In this document: one piece after another, positions 22,741-30,958 of the stretch | Layout: every line of letters starts with the position of its first letter | How positions within the stretch are numbered: the stretch's first letter is position 1 | Program-made: the position numbers and the translations under genes | Assembly (NCBI GenBank): GCA_029560465.1 | Contig: JAKQKX010000045.1 | Location: 24,260-88,259 of the forward strand | DNA: 64,000 nucleotides | Direction of reading: 5' to 3' | From: Candidatus Omnitrophota bacterium | Lineage (GTDB): Bacteria > Omnitrophota > Gorgyraeia > Zapsychrales > JANLHA01 | Notes under the pieces: model-generated | Databases searched by the model: none | Told to the model about the DNA's origin: nothing | The model's input: the letters and a program-made list of their open reading frames with translations, nothing else

Positions 22741-22808
22741 AAAAAACCCCAGAACATCCGGCCAGCGTTTTATGCCCCAAAGGCTTGCTGGGACCAGAAG
22801 TTCTGGGG
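22741..22808 (-). terminator. Long hairpin plus T-tract downstream of tRNA-Pro (intrinsic terminator)
   Basis: CCCCAGAAC...GTTCTGGGG outer stem with nested inner stems, followed by TTTTTT. Confidence 0.65.
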
Positions 22809-22840
22809 CCCTGGCTTTATTGAACCATTTTCTGCATATA

Positions 22841-22917
22841 TGGTCGGGAAGGTGGGATTTGAACCCACGACCTCAACGTCCCGAACGTTGCGCGCTAGCC
22901 AGCTGCGCTACTTCCCG
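22841..22917 (-). tRNA. tRNA-Pro (anticodon CGG)
   Basis: 77 nt; acceptor CGGGAAG/CTTCCCG, anticodon arm CAACG-TT-CGG-GA-CGTTG, T-loop GTTCAAATC, encoded 3' CCA. Confidence 0.97.
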
Positions 22918-22956
22918 CAGTTCATACGAAAAGAAAAAGCAAAAATGAAGAATAAC

Positions 22957-22985
22957 ATTCTATCATTAACCGGGGAGAACGTCAA
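22957..22985 (-). promoter_or_regulatory. Sigma70 promoter of tRNA-Pro
   Basis: TTGACG-17 bp-TAGAAT. Confidence 0.75.
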
Positions 22986-23045
22986 CAGCAGCCCTCTGGC
23001 AAAAAAATCAAGTTCGGCCCGGCATGACTTTCCATGAGCCAGGCA

Positions 23046-24590
23046 TTATATCCTCTGCCAGGACAACAGCGCCATATTCCAGCCGCCGGTGGACCCGATC
23101 ATGCCCGGAGGCAGATAATTTTTCGCTTCCGGGACCTGATAGATGTTCGGGACCTGACCTGTCAGATCAAAAAAATTGGTCACAATCGACCCTATCAAAT
23201 CCGTTTGTTTATTGATGGAAATCTTGTTTTCCCCGTAAAAAAGGCCCATGACATCCAACTGGGAAGATGTCCCGAGGGCGATGTTATTGGGAGTCATAAA
23301 TCCGATGATATTTTCCACACCGGTCGACGGGACGTATGGGAAATTATGCTCCCCTCCGATAGGGACCGCCGGGGTCACCAGATCGGCGTTCACGCTGATA
23401 TTGCCGGTGACCAGAATAGAGGCTTTCCCCGTATACACAATAGCACTCCCTCCCCCGAAGCTCATATTCCCACCTTCAACATAAATAATCCCGTCCACGG
23501 TGAGATGGCCGCTGCCATCCATGCTGATGCTGCCTTTCCCGCCCGCATCCGTTAACGTAAAACTTGACGCAGCGGTGATATTGGATAAAAGGGCCAAATC
23601 AGCCGGGGCAGAAATCACATAGGCATTATCACGGAGATACTGCTGATAACTGGCGTATCCGCCATACGGGTCGGAAAGGCTGGGGAACGAAATATCATCT
23701 CCCATGTCATACGCGTTGGACCAGCCGTTATCAGAATACACATTGGCGATGCCGGAATTCCCGGTAAACCCGTCTGTGCTATAAACCGCGTCCGCGGTTT
23801 CCTTAACGGAGTTGCCCGGGACGTTTGTCGTGCCAACCGATGAGTTCCCGTCCAACCCCACGAGGCCGTGTTTCACCCGCAGGATCGCGCTTAACGTTTC
23901 CACCGTTTCTCCGTTATAAACCGTGGTCGGAAGCGCCGGCAACCGCCTCCGGAGGTCCGCCGCCAGCGCGGAATAGTTATTCCCGATCAGTTCAGCCGTA
24001 CCGCCCAGCTCCACGGCGTAGTCCGTGCTGGAAAGCCCGGTCCCAAGGATATGCACCGAGCCGCTGATATTCACGCATCCGGCAATCGTGGTCGCTCCTG
24101 TGCCCGGGTCGGACCCGGTCCCGGCGAAAATCGCGTTATCCCACGGAGAAACCGACGTCATTTTGGCATACACCTGTATGGTTTCCGAAGCATCGCCCAA
24201 AGTGCCCGTGGCCCGCATCGATATCCCCCGGCCGTCCGCCGTTTCTTTTTTCACCTGCACGGAATAAGAGCCGCCATTAAGCGTTGTGCCGACATAAGGC
24301 ATCGCATAAAAATTCGTCGTGTCGGGAAGATTCAGGGTATTGCCGTTTATATCTCCGTCCGCCCAACTCGGGCTGGAGGGGTCATTCCCAAAATCCTCCC
24401 TTAAATCATAGACAGCACGCGCGATCCCCGCCTCGGCGATGTGAAAGGCGATCACGCTCCGCCGTTCCCGTTCCGCAATCCGGCTTTCCGCCATGCTCAT
24501 GGCCACAAAAGCCGAGCCCAAAGTTAAGAGCACCGCCACCAGCAACAACGTCATCACCAATAAGCTTCCTCGTTCGTTATTGATTTTCAT
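23046..24590 (-). CDS. PilX/GspK-like large minor pilin with a Gly/Thr/Asn-rich beta-type C-terminal region
   Basis: RG|SLLVMTLLLVAVLL prepilin-like N-terminus lacking Glu5, then AFHIAEAGI; third gene of a PilV-W-X-like trio. Confidence 0.78.
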   Translation of the reverse strand: MKINNERGSLLVMTLLLVAVLLTLGSAFVAMSMAESRIAERERRSVIAFHIAEAGIARAVYDLREDFGNDPSSPSWADGDINGNTLNLPDTTNFYAMPYVGTTLNGGSYSVQVKKETADGRGISMRATGTLGDASETIQVYAKMTSVSPWDNAIFAGTGSDPGTGATTIAGCVNISGSVHILGTGLSSTDYAVELGGTAELIGNNYSALAADLRRRLPALPTTVYNGETVETLSAILRVKHGLVGLDGNSSVGTTNVPGNSVKETADAVYSTDGFTGNSGIANVYSDNGWSNAYDMGDDISFPSLSDPYGGYASYQQYLRDNAYVISAPADLALLSNITAASSFTLTDAGGKGSISMDGSGHLTVDGIIYVEGGNMSFGGGSAIVYTGKASILVTGNISVNADLVTPAVPIGGEHNFPYVPSTGVENIIGFMTPNNIALGTSSQLDVMGLFYGENKISINKQTDLIGSIVTNFFDLTGQVPNIYQVPEAKNYLPPGMIGSTGGWNMALLSWQRI

Positions 24591-24614
24591 GATCCGCTTC
24601 CTTTCCAGCCCCTT

Positions 24615-25160
24615 TTAATTCCGCAATTTGACCACAAACGACTGGCTCAACGGCACGGTGTTTCCCTGGATCGTTTGTCTCTGCGCCTGCAAATTCACTT
24701 CCACCGTGTTCGGGGCGCTGACCGGCCGCCTGACCTGAAGCACGGTAATGTCCTGTGCGATATCACGGACGGACGCCCCATACTGCCGTTTTAATAATGT
24801 ACCTGAAAGATAATACTTAATTTTATCACTCGTCCAAATCGTCACGCCACCGGACACCCCATTGGCAACACTAAAAGTGATGACCGTTGACCAGCTGTTA
24901 GAAACAGGGACGTCGTCAATCGAAACCGCTCCGGCCTGCCGCAGGTCCAGCATCATCCAGTCCATCGCCTTGCGGAGGTCCTGCTGCAGTTCCACTTTGA
25001 CGTTATTGACCTGCCAGGTCATGATGCCCGATGTCAAGACCGAATACGCCGCGGTAATCACGATTGAATACACAACAACCGTAACTAAAATCTCCACCAG
25101 CGTTAACCCGGAAGCGCGGGCGAAAAATAGCCGCAATCTTTCTTCAGCTCTGCCTTTCAT
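24615..25160 (-). CDS. PilW/GspJ-like minor pilin
   Basis: G|LTLVEILV N-methylation motif and DLRQAG. Confidence 0.85.
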   Translation of the reverse strand: MKGRAEERLRLFFARASGLTLVEILVTVVVYSIVITAAYSVLTSGIMTWQVNNVKVELQQDLRKAMDWMMLDLRQAGAVSIDDVPVSNSWSTVITFSVANGVSGGVTIWTSDKIKYYLSGTLLKRQYGASVRDIAQDITVLQVRRPVSAPNTVEVNLQAQRQTIQGNTVPLSQSFVVKLRN

Positions 25161-25196
25161 GATCAGGACAATCCTTTCTCTCCCAGGGCAAACGCC

Positions 25197-25706
25197 TTAC
25201 AGCCTGGCGACATAACTCTCGATAACAGCGGGCGAATCAATAAGCCCGTTTCCGTCTAAATCCTCTCCCGCATCCAGGGTGCCGTTTAAATTCTTGTCTT
25301 CCCCGATCACCCGGCCGTTCTGGTTTCGCCAGCAGGCCACGATGCGAATTTTTAAAAGCTTCGTGTTGCTCGCATCCATCGTGATCACGCCTATCCCCGT
25401 CACTTGGGACAGGTTGAAGGTATCCCCGGGGGTGCCTCCAAAAATGTAATCCGTCGTTATCAGGTTAAAATTATGGTTACGGATTGCTTCCATTCTCCCC
25501 TGGACCTCTGACATCACGACCGTGACATTCCGCGACATATCATTGAGTTCCGCAGAATAAATAAAAAGACGAAACATCCCGGTTAGGATAATAACCAGGA
25601 TCCCGGCGCAGATCAAAATTTCTAGCAAAGAAATTCCCCGGTTGTCATGCAGCCGGGCGCGTCCTGATTTCCGTACCGTAAAACTGGGACAATCGTGTCT
25701 ATTCAT
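25197..25706 (-). CDS. PilV/GspI-like minor pilin
   Basis: G|ISLLEILI motif; C-terminal DKNLNGTLDAGEDLDGNGLID. Confidence 0.82.
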   Translation of the reverse strand: MNRHDCPSFTVRKSGRARLHDNRGISLLEILICAGILVIILTGMFRLFIYSAELNDMSRNVTVVMSEVQGRMEAIRNHNFNLITTDYIFGGTPGDTFNLSQVTGIGVITMDASNTKLLKIRIVACWRNQNGRVIGEDKNLNGTLDAGEDLDGNGLIDSPAVIESYVARL

Positions 25707-26286
25707 TGTTAAGCCGCCGCCCCTCCTGGTCATAATACGCTTCAAAGCGCAACTCTCCCTCTTGCGTGTATGCCCGTTGATACCCTCGGACCTGCTCTAT
25801 GTTAAAATTCCATTCATATTTTAATTTCCCGTTCCGGTAATAAATCTTGCCTGCCCCTTTTTCCTGCCCGCCTTTACAGGCATCACAATTCCGCGAATAA
25901 TCCGCCTCAAAACGCACCTGGCCATTTTTAAAGAATTCTTTCTCCGTCATTAAAACCCCATTGAGGTAATAGGACTCCTTCATTAATTCCCCTGTCGGGA
26001 AATACGTCCGGCTGGTCCCATGTTTCTCCCCTCGTTTATAATATTCTTCTCCGTACACTCCCGTGGTTTCATCGATGAATTTAACCTTCCCTTCCGGAAG
26101 TTTCCCCTCGACGTCTTTCTGGCCGTCCGCTGTCCTTCTTTGCAGACCGACCTCTTCGCCGTCTTTATAAAACACGTCGACCGAACACTCTTCCCCCCGG
26201 ATGACCTTGGTCTTTCTGAGAACGTCCTGGGAAAAGGCGCACACCGGCACACTTAAAAAAAGAACGGATAAAATAATGAAGCGCAT
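25699..26286 (-). CDS. Exported MORN-variant repeat (YwqK-like) protein
   Basis: Signal peptide and repeated Y/F-x-x-G turns (YFPTGELM, FFKNGQVR, YYRNGKLK, YTQEGELR). Confidence 0.75.
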   Translation of the reverse strand: MRFIILSVLFLSVPVCAFSQDVLRKTKVIRGEECSVDVFYKDGEEVGLQRRTADGQKDVEGKLPEGKVKFIDETTGVYGEEYYKRGEKHGTSRTYFPTGELMKESYYLNGVLMTEKEFFKNGQVRFEADYSRNCDACKGGQEKGAGKIYYRNGKLKYEWNFNIEQVRGYQRAYTQEGELRFEAYYDQEGRRLNNE

Positions 26287-26468
26287 CTCCAGTTCCTCAA
26301 TTTAACCAGTTTACTCTAGTCAAAGTGTAGCACAAAATCATGGCAGGAGTAAGGGGATTCATCCTTTTGTGAAAAAAGGGTTTTGAAGGATATCCTCCCA
26401 GGAGAAAACTTCCCGGGACGGCCCTGACCGCGGACGCAGAGGATAAAAACAGCCCCTAACAGCAGAAA

Positions 26469-27755
26469 TTATCGCCGCATGGCCGCGCTTTCCCCCGCCA
26501 CATAACCTGTCGAGAAAGCCGCCTGCAGATTAAATCCTCCGGTGGTTCCGTCAATATCCAGCATTTCCCCGGCAAAAAACAAACCGCGGACAACCCGGGA
26601 CTCCATGGTCCTGGGATTGACATTTTTGAGGTCCACCCCCCCCTGAGTCACCATCGCTTCTTTAAAGCTTCGGGCCCCCCTGATATCCAGGATAAAATCC
26701 TTAAAAAGCCGAACCAGGGCTCTTTGTTCAGGAAGGGTGAGCTGGCAGAGCGCTTTATCCGGGGATACCCCCCCCTGCCGGAGAAAAACATCCACAAACC
26801 GGGCGGGGAGATAGCCCTTCAACGTGTTCTTGATTTTCCGGTGACGCGACACCAGGATATCGCTTGAAAAACGCTGGGTTAGTATTTCTTCGGTCAAAGA
26901 AGGTTTCAAATCAAGAGACACGGTAACTCGGTGCGGCACAGTCAACCAGTCCACGACCTGGCCGCTGTGAGAAAAAACCAACGGGCCGGAAACACCAAAA
27001 TCGGTAAAAAGCACTTCGCCGATATCAGAAACAATTTGCTTCTTGCCGTTTGAAAACCGGAGACGCACATTCTTAAGCGTCAGGCCGCGCATGTCCCCGG
27101 GGAAAGTCTGCCGCGTTTCCAGGCCAACCAGCGCCGGACGTAAAGGAACGACCCGGTGCCCCCAGCGGGATGCCATCAGAATACCCTCTCCCGTGGAACC
27201 GGTCGATGGATAAGACTTCCCGCCCGTAGCCCAAATAACGTGACAGCTTTTCAGCTGTTGGCCTGTTGCCAGGACCACCCCCGTGACGGTTTTATGATCA
27301 ACCGCGATATCCCGGGCTTCTGCCCGGAAGAGCACCTGGACACGGCGTGCTTGCAATTCTTTTTTCAAAGCCTCCAGGATACTCCCGGAGCGGTCGGAGA
27401 CCGGGAACACCCGGGCTTGCCTCTCGACTTTCAGGGCGACCCCCCGCTCTTCAAAAAAACGCATCAATTCGGCATTAAAAAATATTTTAAAAACATCCCG
27501 CAAAAAAGGCCCGTGCACGCCATAGCTGCCCAAGAAGACATCCAAGCCGGCGGCATTCGTAAGATTGCATCGGCCTTTCCCGGTTAATAACAGCTTCCGG
27601 CCCAGCGTGGCGTTTTTTTCAATCAGCGTCACGCTCGAACCCAACTGGGCGCCCCGGATAGCCGCCATCATCCCGGCCGGCCCCCCGCCCACAACAATAA
27701 TAGACGGATTTTGAGACCGATGATTCTTATCATGAAATGGTTGTTTGATTGTCAT
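26469..27755 (-). CDS. HI0933/BaiN-family NAD(P)/FAD-dependent oxidoreductase
   Basis: GGGPAG, TGKGRCNLTN, GSTGEG, VTQGGV and TGGFNLQAAFSTG motifs. Confidence 0.93.
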   Translation of the reverse strand: MTIKQPFHDKNHRSQNPSIIVVGGGPAGMMAAIRGAQLGSSVTLIEKNATLGRKLLLTGKGRCNLTNAAGLDVFLGSYGVHGPFLRDVFKIFFNAELMRFFEERGVALKVERQARVFPVSDRSGSILEALKKELQARRVQVLFRAEARDIAVDHKTVTGVVLATGQQLKSCHVIWATGGKSYPSTGSTGEGILMASRWGHRVVPLRPALVGLETRQTFPGDMRGLTLKNVRLRFSNGKKQIVSDIGEVLFTDFGVSGPLVFSHSGQVVDWLTVPHRVTVSLDLKPSLTEEILTQRFSSDILVSRHRKIKNTLKGYLPARFVDVFLRQGGVSPDKALCQLTLPEQRALVRLFKDFILDIRGARSFKEAMVTQGGVDLKNVNPRTMESRVVRGLFFAGEMLDIDGTTGGFNLQAAFSTGYVAGESAAMRR

Positions 27756-27768
27756 AACTTTAGGTCAT

Positions 27769-27801
27769 AAAAAAGGACAATCCCGCGAGGATTGCCTTTT
27801 T
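27769..27801 (-). terminator. Intrinsic terminator after fabZ (possibly bidirectional)
   Basis: AAAAGG(A)CAATCC-cgcga-GGATTGCCTTTT, with A/T tracts on both sides. Confidence 0.7.
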
Positions 27802-27835
27802 CATTTACCGGAATAAAACCGATCAACACTCTTCG

Positions 27836-28270
27836 TTAAGATTCCTTAATACCGAACCCGATTTCCGCCTCCGCCACCAAAGACTCCCCGACACGCGCCT
27901 GGGTTTTAAGAAACCCGGCTTTCGGAAGCATCTTGATGGTCGTGACTTCGATGATCAACTGATCACCCGGCACGACCGGTTTGTGGAATTTAGCCGTGAC
28001 TTTCGCCAAATAATACGTGAGCTTCTTGCCCTGCATATTCTTGCTGTAATAAAAATAAACGCACCCCGCTTGGGCCATAGCCTCTATCATCAGGACCCCG
28101 GGCATCACCTTTTCGTCCGGGAAATGGCCGACGAAAAAATGTTCATTGATCGACACATTTTTTAAAGCGATCAACTTCTCATTCGGGCGCACGTCCAACA
28201 CCCGGTCAATAAGCAGAAACGGGAAGCGATGCGGGATAATCTTTTGAATATCATAAACAGTTAATTCCAT
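27836..28270 (-). CDS. fabZ: 3-hydroxyacyl-ACP dehydratase
   Basis: IPHRFPFLLIDR and FFVGHFP..VMPGVLMIEAMAQ motifs. Confidence 0.93.
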   Translation of the reverse strand: MELTVYDIQKIIPHRFPFLLIDRVLDVRPNEKLIALKNVSINEHFFVGHFPDEKVMPGVLMIEAMAQAGCVYFYYSKNMQGKKLTYYLAKVTAKFHKPVVPGDQLIIEVTTIKMLPKAGFLKTQARVGESLVAEAEIGFGIKES

Positions 28271-28328
28271 GACACACTCCATTCCACATAGTTTTATTGA
28301 CAAGAAAGGTTTTTATTATAGCTCAAAC

Positions 28329-29081
28329 TTACCGGATCGCCAAGCCTCCATCCATCTGAATAATCTGGCCCGTGATATACTGCGCGGCTTCGCTCACCAG
28401 GAATTTCACGCAGGACGCCACATCGTCCGGGCAGCCAAACCGGCCCAGGGGGATATTTTTTAGAATAGCGTCCCGCTGCTGATCGGAGAGGGTGGACAGG
28501 ATGTCGGTTTCAATGTACCCGGGGGCCACCGCATTGACCCGGACCCCGTAAGCGGCGACCTCCTTGGCCAGGGATTTTGTAAAAGCGTTCACCCCGCCCT
28601 TGGAGGCGCTGTAATTTGTTTGCCGGGGCAAGCCCACAACCCCGCTGACGGAAGAAACCAGAATGACCTGCCCGCTTTTCTGTTTTAAAAATGTTACAAT
28701 ACAAGCCCGGGCCACGTTAAACATCCCGGTTAAATTCGTGTCGATAACCGCCAGCCAGTCTTCCGGCGTCATAAGCATGAGCGCTTTATCCTGAACGATC
28801 CCGGCGTTGTTGACCAAAATATCAATGCCGCCCAGGCGCTCTTTAACCCCGGCGATCCAATCCTTAACGCTGGCAAAATCCCTGATATCGACGCAGGCTT
28901 TATCACATTTGACGCCGAGCGCTAAAATATCCTGTTCCAAAGATTCGGCCGCCCCCGCCTGGCGGTGATAATTGAACGCGACATCCGCGCCTTCCCTGGC
29001 GAACATCAGGGCGATCGCCCGGCCAATCCCCCGGGAGCCCCCGGTCACAATCGCCACTTTCCCTTTTAAAGACTGTGTCAT
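28329..29081 (-). CDS. fabG: 3-oxoacyl-ACP reductase (SDR family)
   Basis: TGGSRGIG, NNAG, YSASK and VAPGYIET motifs. Confidence 0.88.
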   Translation of the reverse strand: MTQSLKGKVAIVTGGSRGIGRAIALMFAREGADVAFNYHRQAGAAESLEQDILALGVKCDKACVDIRDFASVKDWIAGVKERLGGIDILVNNAGIVQDKALMLMTPEDWLAVIDTNLTGMFNVARACIVTFLKQKSGQVILVSSVSGVVGLPRQTNYSASKGGVNAFTKSLAKEVAAYGVRVNAVAPGYIETDILSTLSDQQRDAILKNIPLGRFGCPDDVASCVKFLVSEAAQYITGQIIQMDGGLAIR

Positions 29082-30319
29082 GATCGCGTCCCTGCCCGGC
29101 CCATCACCATACAGGCGTGATTCCCGCTGGGGCTAAAATTATTGATTAAAATCCGATTAAGCCTGGCCGGCCGAGCCGTGTTGGGAACGACGTCCAGCGG
29201 GCAATCGGGGTCCGGAGAAACATGATTAATCGTCGGCGGAATAAAATCTTTTTCCAGGGCTCCCAAGCAGGCGGCGACAGACAACGCACCGGAAGCGCTG
29301 TAACATTCCCCGAGCATGGACTTCACCGCGCTGACCGGAACCGTCTTGGCCCTTGGGCCGAAAATGTCCTGAATCGCCTGGCATTCAATCTTATCGGCCG
29401 CCGAAGTGGAATTGGCGTTGGCGCAGATGTAATCCATATCCCCGGCCGCCAACCCGGCCTCCTCCAGCGCCGACCGCATCGCCTTCACCATCCCCGTCCC
29501 CCGCGGATTGTATTTGTTGATCCGGTAGGGGTCAAAATAATACCCAAAAGACAGGACCTCCGCCATGATACACGCGCCTCTTTGAACGGCGTGGTCATAA
29601 TCTTCCATCGCCACCAGGCAGGCGCCTTCCCCAAAAGTAATGCCATTGCGACGGCGGTCAAACGGGCAATTGATAAACGGCTGGCCTTCTTTTGACCCGG
29701 AGAGAAATTGCAGGGCATGAAACCCCATAAACGTAGGCCAGCAGAGTTCTTCAAGGCCCCCGGCATACACAACCTTGGCCCGGCCCAGTTGCAGAAAATC
29801 ATAAGCGTATTTCATGGCGTCAAGACTGGCGGTGAATCCGGTCGAAATCGTGGCGTTAAACCCTTGAATATGATGCCAAATAGAAATCTGGCTCGCCGGG
29901 GAATTAATGACTGTATTCGGAAATAATCCCGGATTTGTGTACCGCGGCCCTTCTTTAAGAATCACCGTGTCAAAATCGACAATGCTTTGCAGACTTCCAA
30001 ACGTCGTGCCGAGAGCGACACCCACATCATCACTGTTGGTGTCATCGATTCGGAAACCGCTGTCTTCAATCGCGCATTTCGCCGCTGAAATGGCCAAAAG
30101 GGTGCTGCGGTCCAGGGTCCGGAGTCCTTTCGGCCCCATATAAGATTTGGCGTCGAAATTCTTAATCTCCGCCGCCTGCTTTACCCGGAACGGCCCAGAG
30201 TCAAACAGCGTAATAGGAGCACATCCGGAGGTCCCGTCCTGCAGAGCCTGCCAGAAATTATCCCGCCCCTGCCCGATCGAAGCGAGAACACCCAGCCCGG
30301 TTATGACAATTCTTTTCAT
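29078..30319 (-). CDS. Beta-ketoacyl synthase homologue lacking the catalytic triad (chain-length-factor-like)
   Basis: KAS fold motifs are present (RIVITGLG, PFD..RNG..FGEGA, IPPT), but the Cys/His/His positions read F162, N301 and E338. Confidence 0.85.
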   Translation of the reverse strand: MKRIVITGLGVLASIGQGRDNFWQALQDGTSGCAPITLFDSGPFRVKQAAEIKNFDAKSYMGPKGLRTLDRSTLLAISAAKCAIEDSGFRIDDTNSDDVGVALGTTFGSLQSIVDFDTVILKEGPRYTNPGLFPNTVINSPASQISIWHHIQGFNATISTGFTASLDAMKYAYDFLQLGRAKVVYAGGLEELCWPTFMGFHALQFLSGSKEGQPFINCPFDRRRNGITFGEGACLVAMEDYDHAVQRGACIMAEVLSFGYYFDPYRINKYNPRGTGMVKAMRSALEEAGLAAGDMDYICANANSTSAADKIECQAIQDIFGPRAKTVPVSAVKSMLGECYSASGALSVAACLGALEKDFIPPTINHVSPDPDCPLDVVPNTARPARLNRILINNFSPSGNHACMVMGRAGTRS

Positions 30320-30325
30320 GATTAT

Positions 30326-30353
30326 ATTATAGGGTAAATCCGGATTATTTCAA
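30326..30353 (-). promoter_or_regulatory. Sigma70 promoter, probably leaderless, for the KS-like gene
   Basis: TTGAAA-16 bp-TATAAT-6 nt-ATG, with no Shine-Dalgarno sequence. Confidence 0.6.
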
Positions 30354-30944
30354 ATTCAAGTCATTATAACTGTGTAAAATATACTTCGCCAATATATCCG
30401 TCTCTAAATTGACCCGGTCCCCTTCCCGGGTCTGGCCGAAAGTGGTCACCTCCAGGGTGTGCGGGATCAGGTAGACGCTGAAATAATCCCGCATCACGCG
30501 CCCGATGGTCAGGCTGACACCGTCAACAGTAACCGAACCTTTCGGAGCGATATATTTCATAAGATCCGGCGAGGCGCCGATACGGAATTCCACGTAATTC
30601 GGCAGGGTCACGATCTTGACGACCTCCCCGGTGCCGTCGACATGCCCGGTCACAAAATGTCCTCCGATCCGGCTGTTCACCTTGAGCGACCGTTCCATGT
30701 TGACTTTCCCTCCCGGCCCGGCATATTTCAAACTGGTGGCTTCGATGGTCTCCTTCATCACGTCAAACATCAGCAGCTTCTTTTTTTTATCCGTGACCGT
30801 CAGGCAGACTCCGTTCACGCAAATACTGTCGCCGACTTTCGTCCCGCCCAGGACTTTATCCCCTTGGACAGCCAGGATAAACAGGTTTTCCTTCTTTTGA
30901 ACATTTTGTATGATGCCATATTCTTCCACGATTCCTGAAAACAT
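30345..30944 (-). CDS. ribE: Riboflavin synthase (alpha chain)
   Basis: Starts MFSGIVEE at the ATG at 30944; GDSICVNGVCLT, GGHFVTGHVD and GVSLT motifs. Confidence 0.96.
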   Translation of the reverse strand: MFSGIVEEYGIIQNVQKKENLFILAVQGDKVLGGTKVGDSICVNGVCLTVTDKKKKLLMFDVMKETIEATSLKYAGPGGKVNMERSLKVNSRIGGHFVTGHVDGTGEVVKIVTLPNYVEFRIGASPDLMKYIAPKGSVTVDGVSLTIGRVMRDYFSVYLIPHTLEVTTFGQTREGDRVNLETDILAKYILHSYNDLNLK

Positions 30945-30958
30945 AAACGGCTCCTCCG

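Noticed and set aside
25699-26286. Toxin-antitoxin module implied by YwqK-like repeats
   Set aside because: No adjacent toxin gene is present; the neighbours are a flavoprotein and pilins.
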